Source: Spirochaetia bacterium | GTDB taxonomy: Bacteria > Spirochaetota > Spirochaetia > SP-2023 | Reading direction: 5' to 3' | Assembly: GCA_965225855.1 (NCBI GenBank) | Contig: CBDDCK010000005.1 | Span: 864,001 to 928,000 of the forward strand | Length of the DNA stretch: 64,000 bases | In this document: piece by piece, positions 32,203 through 41,900 of the stretch | Layout: the number at the start of each line of letters is the position of its first letter | Position numbering within the stretch: the stretch's first letter is position 1 | The notes under the pieces: model-generated | Seen by the model: only the letters and a program-made list of their open reading frames with translations | What the model was told of the DNA's origin: nothing | Database searches by the model: none | Position numbers and translations under genes: made by a program

Positions 32203-33141
32203 ATGACAATAGTAGTTGACAATAAATATACAAAAATGTACTCTATAAATATGGAAAATTCAATAATAGATTTATTAGATACATTCAAAGATGACAAAGC
32301 ATGTGAGCAGTATTTTCTTGAAAAGAGGTTTGCCAATGGTGTATGTTGCTTATATTGTAAACATGATAAAGTATATAAAATACAAGGCGTCAATAAATGC
32401 CAGAGATATAAATGCGCCAGATGCAAGAAACGATTTAGTGCGCTTACAGGTACTATTTTTGAGAGCACCAAGTTAGGATTGCGAAAGTGGTTTTTAGCAT
32501 TTCATTTAATACAAAATTCAAGTAAAGGAATTAGCAGCATACAATTATCAAAACACCTAAAAATAACCCAACGTACAGCGTGGTTTATTTTACACAGATT
32601 TAGAGAAGTGGCAGAAGATAAGTTTCAGATGGTTAGTGGAAGTGTAGAAATCGATGAAACATTTATAGGCGGAAAAGAAGGCAATAAGCATGCAAGTAAA
32701 AAGCTTGGGTATCATGGAACAGAAGGTAAAACTGCAGTTATGGGCGCAATATCACGGCAAGACAAGCAAGTAGTAGCGTCTCCTGTAAAAGAAGTATCGT
32801 ATAGCTCTGTAGAAATATTTAGGAAGCATAATATAGCAAAAGGAAGTATAATCTACTCTGATCAATGCAAAGCCTATCGTGGGCAGTCTGATTTTAAAGT
32901 CCATCATAGTCTGAAAGAATTTGTTAGGGATGGCCATATTCATACCAACTGTATCGAGAGCTTTTGGGCGATACTAAAAAGAGGGTATATCGGTATCTAT
33001 CACTGGTGGAGTGTTAAGCACTTACACAGATATATCAATGAATTTACTTTTAGATTTAATCATAAACAAATATCTTTAGCAACACTGCTGGAATATACCG
33101 TCAATAAAAGACTGAAATATAGAGAGCTTACTGATGGCTAA
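32203..33141 (+). CDS. IS1595-family (ISXO2-like) DDE transposase
   Basis: Zn ribbon CLYC...CARC, GISSIQL HTH, VEIDETFIGGK, YSD, HTNCIESFW, HLHRYINEFTFRFN; start may be 32251. Confidence 0.93.
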   Translation: MTIVVDNKYTKMYSINMENSIIDLLDTFKDDKACEQYFLEKRFANGVCCLYCKHDKVYKIQGVNKCQRYKCARCKKRFSALTGTIFESTKLGLRKWFLAFHLIQNSSKGISSIQLSKHLKITQRTAWFILHRFREVAEDKFQMVSGSVEIDETFIGGKEGNKHASKKLGYHGTEGKTAVMGAISRQDKQVVASPVKEVSYSSVEIFRKHNIAKGSIIYSDQCKAYRGQSDFKVHHSLKEFVRDGHIHTNCIESFWAILKRGYIGIYHWWSVKHLHRYINEFTFRFNHKQISLATLLEYTVNKRLKYRELTDG

Positions 33142-33292
33142 AAAACAACAAAGATTCAAAATAAACATGTCTTTCAATGATTTCTTGAATCAAGTTATCG
33201 ATAAGGCCGATATACAATCAGGCAAAGACAAAGAAGTTATTACGACCAAAGATAATAGCAAAATTACTTTACACAAAAGCTTGCCAAAATGA
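33134..33292 (+). CDS. 52-aa IS passenger protein (below the ORF-track cutoff)
   Basis: MAKKQQRFKINMSFNDFLNQVIDKADIQ...LPK; overlaps the transposase stop, and its TGA overlaps the MTase ATG (ATGA). Confidence 0.6.
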   Translation: MAKKQQRFKINMSFNDFLNQVIDKADIQSGKDKEVITTKDNSKITLHKSLPK

Positions 33293-34804
33293 GAATCAAT
33301 CATCCAATAAACCCTCATAATTGGCGGAATCTATTGTATAGAGCCGATTGTAAGTATGCTCTACAACATTTAATCAGCAATCAAGTAACAGTAGACTTAA
33401 TTTATTTAGACCCACCGTTTAACTCAAACAGAGTCTATAATATGCTCTATTCACAAAATAAAAACAATCACGGCGCAAGCCAAAAAGCTTTCCACGATAT
33501 GTGGACAATTACCAGCCAAACACGTGAAGTTTGTTTAGCTTTTCAAGATAGAATGAAAAGTGAACAAGAAATATCACCTATTGTCAAATCTTTGTTGGAA
33601 ACTTGGACTAATTCTTTGATAAACGGGGGGAAGAAGTAATCAGATGATAGTATATCTGATTTATATGGTTGAAAGACTGATATTAATGAGAAAAGTGCTA
33701 AAGGACACAGGAAGCATCTATCTACATTGCGACCCTACAGCCAGCCACTACCTTAAAATAATTATGGACGGGATATTTGGCCATGATAATTTTGTAAATG
33801 AAATTATTTGGAGTTATAAAAGTGGTGGGGCATCTAAAAAAAGATGGGCAAAGAAACATGATGTAATTTTAATGTATTCTAAAACAAAAGATAACTTTGT
33901 ATTTTGTACACAATACTATAAAAGGTACTTATTAAGAGATGAACAGACAGGCAAAGAACTTGGCAAAGACCCTAGAGAGCATGTTAAATATTATAAAGAC
34001 GGGATAGGAACTTATCGAATAAACATTGAAAGAGATATTTGGGAAATTCCTATTATTAGTCCTAATAGCAAAACTGAAAGAATGGGCTACCCCACACAGA
34101 AACCGCTAGCATTATTAGATAAAATTATCAAAGCTTCATGTCCCGAAGACGGCACTGTATTAGACCCATTTTGTGGTTGTGGCACGACTTTAGAGAGTGC
34201 TATTATCAATAGAAAAAATTGGATAGGTGTGGATATAAGCAATAATGCTGTAGAAGTAATGCAAAATAGAATAGCCAATACCCATACAGGAGCAAAATAT
34301 GATTTAATACACGGAAACCCTGAAAACTTAATGGATTATCAAAAACTCAATGCCTATGACAAACAAGAGTGGTTAATCAATACTATTGGTGGCTTCCCCA
34401 ACCCTAAAAAGTCTGGCGATAGCGGAGTCGATGGTGATCTTACCGTACATGGCGGTTTTGATAAAACTGGTAGAGATATATGGCATAAGGTGATTTTTAG
34501 TGTAAAAACTGGCAATCAATGTGAGCCTAAATTTTTGAGAGAACTTATAGGAACAATGAAAATACATAATGCTACTTATGGGGGTTTGATACTGGATAAA
34601 GACCCAAGCGAAGCAATGCTTAAGACGATATATAACAGCAAAAAAATTACCTACCAATATGCCAAAGAATTGCCACCACAATATTTTGATACCTTACAGA
34701 TATTGACAAGCCAACAAATAATAGATGGTGCTAAATTTGACTTACCCCCTACCATAAATAAAATTAAAAAATATCGGCAAGTCCCTACACTAGATTTTGG
34801 TTAG
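33289..34804 (+). pseudogene. Beta-class N4/N6 DNA methyltransferase with a C-terminal Mrr-like/PD-(D/E)XK domain, frameshifted at a G6 tract
   Basis: DPPF in 33289-33639; GSIYLHCD, YPTQKP, DPFCGCGT and D-GVDG...SVK in 33644-34804; removing one G at 33625-33630 fuses them (INGGRSNQMIVYL), giving about 504 aa. Confidence 0.85.
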
Positions 34805-37800
34805 TCCGCTTTTATACATAATTACCCAGCAAAACTATAGTATAATAAAATATATTTTATGATTGGGTTCGCAACGGTTATACTTGATCGTCCAACAAAA
34901 CTATAGTATAATGGTAATGGTATCATCTAGTCTTATTGTCATGTTATACTTGATCGTCCAACAAAACTATAGTATAATTAACACAAGCGTTTAGAACAAT
35001 GACAACCGGTTATACTTGATCGTCCAACAAAACTATAGTATAATTAATCTTACAAGTGGCTTATCTGTAAGTAAGTTATACTTGATCGTCCAACAAAACT
35101 ATAGTATAATGCTAATTCGCAAGGGCAAAGTGGCATGACTGTTATACTTGATCGTCCAACAAAACTATAGTATAATTTAGACTGTATAGAGCAATATACG
35201 CAAGAGGTTATACTTGATCGTCCAACAAAACTATAGTATAATGCCCTTGCGTGTGGCCTTGGTGCGTAAGATGTTATACTTGATCGTCCAACAAAACTAT
35301 AGTATAATACAAAACAACGGAAGCCCTCGGCTTATTTGGTTATACTTGATCGTCCAACAAAACTATAGTATAATGCATTGGCTGCCCCAGCATTAGCAGC
35401 CAATGTTATACTTGATCGTCCAACAAAACTATAGTATAATATGTCTTGCCAAGCCCTTGCTGACGAAATAGTTATACTTGATCGTCCAACAAAACTATAG
35501 TATAATACAAAACAACGGAAGCCCTCGGCTTATTTGGTTATACTTGATCGTCCAACAAAACTATAGTATAATGCATTGGCTGCCCCAGCATTAGCAGCCA
35601 ATGTTATACTTGATCGTCCAACAAAACTATAGTATAATTCTAATATCTGCGGTATTAGGAATATTCCAGTTATACTTGATCGTCCAACAAAACTATAGTA
35701 TAATAACTGTAATTGCTTAGAAGTGAGGATATTTGTTATACTTGATCGTCCAACAAAACTATAGTATAATTAAACAAGTCAAAAAAATCCCCCCTTACTA
35801 GTTATACTTGATCGTCCAACAAAACTATAGTATAATAAAATATCGATATGATTATCGAAATGCTTAGTTATACTTGATCGTCCAACAAAACTATAGTATA
35901 ATTTTATGCAAGGACGAGCAAGGCTTGCTTATGTTATACTTGATCGTCCAACAAAACTATAGTATAATCATAGTCATCTTGGGGAGCCGTAACTTGAAGT
36001 TATACTTGATCGTCCAACAAAACTATAGTATAATCATTATGACGAGGTAATGTTGTGAAATTAAGTTATACTTGATCGTCCAACAAAACTATAGTATAAT
36101 TACTTTCATTTTTGATACTCCTAAAAAAAAGTTATACTTGATCGTCCAACAAAACTATAGTATAATTTAGCCCCCGATTCCAAGAGCAGCTTAACCGTTA
36201 TACTTGATCGTCCAACAAAACTATAGTATAATCAAACAGCAACCGTTGACAAAAGATCATTTGTTATACTTGATCGTCCAACAAAACTATAGTATAATAA
36301 TTGGGAAAAAATCTTATTCGAATATATAGTTATACTTGATCGTCCAACAAAACTATAGTATAATACCCATGTCACCCGTGAGTAATACAGAGTGGTTATA
36401 CTTGATCGTCCAACAAAACTATAGTATAATCAATAAATTCAGGTCGTTGCAAACGAGCATGTTATACTTGATCGTCCAACAAAACTATAGTATAATGACA
36501 GCTTGCTAAACGCACAAATTGCTCTTGTTATACTTGATCGTCCAACAAAACTATAGTATAATAGCCCAATAATGATAGAAAATCATTCTTCCGTTATACT
36601 TGATCGTCCAACAAAACTATAGTATAATTACCAGAAGTTTGAAGAACTTCCGAAATAAGTTATACTTGATCGTCCAACAAAACTATAGTATAATAGCAAC
36701 AGTCGCACCAACTTGAGCGGTAGAGTTATACTTGATCGTCCAACAAAACTATAGTATAATAAAAACTTAAAAAGAAGATAGGAGAAAAAAGTTATACTTG
36801 ATCGTCCAACAAAACTATAGTATAATGAGTCGAACCTTGGCAAAATTAACAAAAAAGTTATACTTGATCGTCCAACAAAACTATAGTATAATAAAACTTA
36901 AAAAGAAGATAGGAGGAAGAAAGTTATACTTGATCGTCCAACAAAACTATAGTATAATATCAAATGTAATATATCATCTCGCAAACTTGTTATACTTGAT
37001 CGTCCAACAAAACTATAGTATAATATCCCCTCAGAAAAATTCTGGGAATTATGGGTTATACTTGATCGTCCAACAAAACTATAGTATAATATCTTGCCTG
37101 AAACTAAAGAAGCCATGCAAGTTATACTTGATCGTCCAACAAAACTATAGTATAATTATTTTCAGTGGTTACCGTGTAACCATAAGGTTATACTTGATCG
37201 TCCAACAAAACTATAGTATAATAATAGCCAAATTCTGAACCTTCTATTTCTTGTTATACTTGATCGTCCAACAAAACTATAGTATAATTAAAGCTTAGTA
37301 AGCTTATCTAATCTATTAGTTATACTTGATCGTCCAACAAAACTATAGTATAATTCTTCCCAGCTTTACTGCCAAGGGTATTTTGTTATACTTGATCGTC
37401 CAACAAAACTATAGTATAATAAGCAGCCGATAATATACAGTAGAAGATTAGTTATACTTGATCGTCCAACAAAACTATAGTATAATCAAAAAACTTAAAA
37501 AGAAGATAGGAAAAAAGTTATACTTGATCGTCCAACAAAACTATAGTATAATGATTGGTAAATTTTTCCATCCATCAGGAGCGTTATACTTGATCGTCCA
37601 ACAAAACTATAGTATAATAGTCCTCATTATGACTAGTCTGATGAGTAGGTTATACTTGATCGTCCAACAAAACTATAGTATAATAAAATATCGTGCAAAC
37701 TACATACACGGTAAGTTATACTTGATCGTCCAACAAAACTATAGTATAATTTTTTTCTTTAGCACTTCTATCTATGTTTGTTATACTTGATCGTCCAACA

Positions 37801-38553
37801 AAACTATAGTATAATAACGCTCACCAAGACCATTGGAACAAGAAGGTTATACTTGATCGTCCAACAAAACTATAGTATAATATATAAAATCTGCTGAAAA
37901 CACTCAAATCCGTTATACTTGATCGTCCAACAAAACTATAGTATAATAAATGGAAAACAAAGGTGCTTACTTTTCCAGTTATACTTGATCGTCCAACAAA
38001 ACTATAGTATAATAAATTCAGTTGATCATCACTTAGCTCTGCCGTTATACTTGATCGTCCAACAAAACTATAGTATAATCAATTGGATAACCACAGATGA
38101 AGGAAGAAAGTTATACTTGATCGTCCAACAAAACTATAGTATAATTACGCAACTTATGGCCATTATATTGAAATTGTTATACTTGATCGTCCAACAAAAC
38201 TATAGTATAATAGTTGGCCAGCCAAAGCTTTGCGTGGTTTTGTTATACTTGATCGTCCAACAAAACTATAGTATAATAATACTCGTTGTAGATAAAATTA
38301 TACGCTTGTTATACTTGATCGTCCAACAAAACTATAGTATAATTCACCAACATTAGCACCAGTATAACCACTAGTTATACTTGATCGTCCAACAAAACTA
38401 TAGTATAATAAATAATGCACATATGCAAATATATCATGTGTTATACTTGATCGTCCAACAAAACTATAGTATAATACGACCTAGCAGGTCAAGACATAGC
38501 AACATGTTATACTTGATCGTCCAACAAAACTATAGTATAATTGTGTCTGGCTT

Positions 38554-38590
38554 AAATAGTGGCAAAGTAAGTCTTTGCCACTATTTTTTT
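38554..38590 (+). terminator. Intrinsic terminator after the last CRISPR repeat
   Basis: AAATAGTGGCAAAG-TAAGT-CTTTGCCACTATTT followed by a T run. Confidence 0.8.
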
Positions 38591-38616
38591 CGTCCAAAAA
38601 GCAGATTATCAGGCGC

Positions 38617-38985
38617 TTAAAATAATAAATAACAGCCATTTTTTTCTAAATCTTGTTGTTCATTTCCAACTAAATTCGGGCCGATAAAGTTTTCGGCCAT
38701 CGTGTACTGCCTATCGGTAATGTAAAATATGCTAATTTGCCCTTCGGGGGGAATGCCGTATTTTATCCTCTGGGCTACGATCTTCGCTGCGGCCAAATTG
38801 CGGCACGGCTTAATGTAGACGGAAAATTGCTTCATGCAAAAACCGTTGTCCAGCAAATGGTTGCGGAACTGGGTGGCCAAGCGCATTTGTCTCTTAGTCT
38901 GTACGGGCAGGTCAAACATGCAGAGCAACCACATCATGGTCCAGCCCGTGGGCCGCCTATACTTGCTCTTTTTTTGTGTCAGCAT
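38617..38985 (-). CDS. cas2: CRISPR-associated endonuclease Cas2 (type II)
   Basis: MW--CMFDLPV-TK...FRNHLLDNGF-MKQFSVY...ITDRQY. Confidence 0.95.
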   Translation of the reverse strand: MLTQKKSKYRRPTGWTMMWLLCMFDLPVQTKRQMRLATQFRNHLLDNGFCMKQFSVYIKPCRNLAAAKIVAQRIKYGIPPEGQISIFYITDRQYTMAENFIGPNLVGNEQQDLEKNGCYLLF

Positions 38986-41900
38986 GGCAAAAGACCTTGT
39001 GCTTGCGCTTCATTTTGCCAAACGGGCTTAGCTCGACCTTGCGGGCTCCGTGCTCGCGGAAAAAGCTTCCCCCCTTTACTAACAAAGCTGGGGCCAAGTA
39101 CTTTTGTTTCTTAGCCAGCACACTGTTGCGCCCATCGTGGGCCAGGCAAAAGCCGATTGCATTATCTTTAACTGTCAACTTGCATACCACCACTAAGCAA
39201 CGTTCTGCGCTGACCAAACTTCGATATTCTTCGGGCGTATTCAATTCCAGCAAGTCCCCTTGGTGTAGGGAATACTGCAACTGTAGGCCTTTTTGCCGCC
39301 ACTGCGTCACAAAATTTTTGTCGTTGGCGTCAAAGCGGCGAATCACTTCGATAATGCTATCGCCCTTTATATCCAAGACGATATCCGCGCGGTGGTTATT
39401 GCCGCTTTGATAATATAGCCCGTGCTTGGGCACGGTTATTAGAGATTTGTTACACTCAAAGTAATCTATCTTATGTGCGATCGGCTTTGCGCCGTCTGCC
39501 CTGTTGTGTTGGGCCAGCGCGATGGCTTTAGCCATAATGTGATTTTCGCCAATCTCTTTAACTTTTTTGCCCTCGGCCTTTTGCTCTTCCCGCTCTTGCT
39601 CTAATTGCTCCCGGGCCCTATCCCAGTTGGCCGCGATGCCTTGCTGGGCATCGGCCAAGTCTTGCCGCGCTTTGGCGATGCGCTCGTGCCACTCTGGGGG
39701 AAATTTACAAAACTGGCCGACATCTTTGCGCAAATCGGCTTGCGTTTTGATCAGCTCTTCTACCTTGCGCTTATAGACCGTCAAGGGGTCGCCCGCCGCA
39801 GGTTCTTCTTCTTTCTTTTGGAAAAACTGGCCGTATTGCTTCTCTTGAGCCTTGGTTTGGGCAATATAGCCCAGCACTATGCGCCCCGTCTCTTTGTGCA
39901 ATTGGCCCTGGGGGCTGTGCTCGGCCTTGTGAGAAACTTTTACTTCATCGAGTACGGCAACAACTTGCTCGACAAAATCTGCGCCGCTTGCGTAGCAGGA
40001 GGTAAGGGGGCACAGCTCTCTCTTCGGCAGCTTTCTGCCAATTTTGTCTGCCCGCGTAATCTTCTGTATTAAGCTGCGGGTAGACAGCGCGACAACGATG
40101 GCATCTAGCGCGTGGTGGCGATGGTCCATGCGCGGCTTGTCCAGCCATTCGGGGTTGCACACTAAATCTTTTTTATACCAACCCTTCTCGTCTACTGGAT
40201 GATAACTAACTTCTTCGGTATCCCTCTTTATCCAATGCACCTCGTTTACGGTGTTTTCGGGCAACTTCTGGCGTATTTTCTCGTCGGTAACGGGCAATTT
40301 TAGGTATCTGGGTATGTGAAACCCCATCAATTGATACTCTAGGCCTAGCAAATTCCATATGCGGCGCAGCTTGGCTGTACACTGGCCGCGTATGGGCACA
40401 ATGCGCACCGAATGGTCCCCACTTTTACTTGCGTCCGCAGGGGAAGTCGCCCTCCCTAGCTCTTGGGCCGCAATCCTTTGTGGGGCCAAGATCGCTCGCA
40501 AATAGCGCAGGGCCAGCTTGGCCATATAGCGAGTGTCCGTCAAATAGCGGCTCGTGCCATCCATATCCCCGTCACTTTCAAAAATTTCTTGGGCATCTGC
40601 TTCAAAGCGCCAAGCCTTATTTTCAGGCAAGCTTTCGGCCGCCTCTAAAATGGCTTTCAGCTTTTCGGGGCTGCGGCTCTTCTGCAAATACGGATACGGA
40701 TAGCTATCGCCCTTGTCTCGGTTGTCGTTGCGGCTGATCAAACATAGGTTTGCCGGCGTATCGCTGCCGCCCCTGGCTTGCGGTATCAAATGCTCTATTT
40801 CAAAGCCCTCAAAGCTTTGCGGTATATTTTTGGTGCTATCAAAGGCGTCCTTCCACTTCTGTTCCTTGGCCAATTTGTACTTTAAGATATTTGTCCCATT
40901 TACTACCATATTGCGCTCGACTAAGTATTTGCGGGCCTCATCGTTGATTTCTCGGTTTTTCTTTTGCTGCTTTTCTATCTCCTTCCTCTTATTTTTTGAA
41001 CGGCCCACATCGCGGCCAACTTCCACGTGAATGGCCTGCGGCCGGCCGTAAATGCGCACAATATCGTTTACCACTAGGCGCAACTGATTGAGCATCATGT
41101 GCACCGCCGGGTTGGCCAATTTGCCATACTTTTGCTCTTCGGGGTTTAGGCTCGAATTGCGCTCAGCACTCCACTGGGCTACCGGTTGGGTATCTCTGGT
41201 CAAGATTTGCCCATAGTAAGGCAAGGCTTCCCATTGGGCCTGCTGGTCACGTGCAGCCAGGTCGGCAGCGCGATAGCGCGGGTCTTCCTTGGCCAATTGG
41301 TCGGTAATTGCGCGCTGTGTCGTGGCCTGCTCGGCGCACGCAAAACCTTTGAGCACGGCCTTTGTGGCCGTCTTGCCTAAATTGCCGCGACCCTTGGGAA
41401 ACAAATGGAGCACTTCTGCGGCCTCCTCTGTGTTTTCTAGGCACAGCCGCCGCTTTAAATTTTGCAAGAGCTGCTCTTCGGTATACAAACGCCTCTGAAC
41501 ATCTTCGGGGTTTACTGGGTTGGCAATAAAGTCTACCAGTTCTTCCAAATCCCCTTCACAGAGCTTCATACCCTGAAACTTTTCGTTCGCATACAGATAG
41601 GGCTCAATGCCTTTCTTATCGGCTAGCACAATCTTGCTACTCTTGTCCAAGCCCAAGGCTTCTTGAATTTTCGTTGGCGTTGCCTTTTGGCCCTTCATTA
41701 GCAAAGTTTCGATGACGATATTTATTTGTTTTATCTCTAACAATGACTTTTCTAACGATGACTTTTTTGTCTCAAAAGTTAGGGCTGGCTCATCCCATAA
41801 CTCTAACGATGACTTTTTTGTCCCCCAGCGGCGGATGCGAATATTGTGCGCCGCTTCGCAAATGCGGTGCCTTTCGGCTAGCGGGTGGGCCTTGGGCAGG

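Larger units (their letters stand above)
32161..34826 (+). mobile_element. IS1595-family element with passenger genes, inserted in a CRISPR repeat
   Basis: Terminal IRs GGGAATTATGTATAAAAGGGTACTAA / revcomp GGTAATTATGTATAAAAGCGGACTAA (23/26); 8-9-bp target duplication CAACAAAAC / CAGCAAAAC. Confidence 0.92.
32071..38541 (+). CRISPR. Type II CRISPR array: 58 repeats (repeat 2 split by an IS) and 57 spacers of 29-30 bp
   Basis: 36-bp repeat GTTATACTTGATCGTCCAACAAAACTATAGTATAAT at 32071, split copy 32136-32160/34827-34846, then 56 copies from 34877 to 38541 at a 66-bp period (one 65); + orientation inferred from tracrRNA complementarity, the repeat promoter motif and the downstream terminator. 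Confidence 0.98.

Noticed and set aside
35771..35800. Spacer resembling 23012-23032 (ACAAGTCAA…AAAAAAATCCC), possible self-target
   Set aside because: A short, gapped, A-rich match. No full protospacer was noticed in the window by eye, but the check was not exhaustive.
37025..37054. Spacer sharing GGGAATTATG with the IS left end (possible anti-IS spacer)
   Set aside because: Only 10 nt match; the remaining bases do not match the flank.
35214..38620. ORFs with repeating MIVQQNYSI / LYYSFVGRSSIT
   Set aside because: These are translations of the 66-bp CRISPR period, which has an open frame; they are not proteins.
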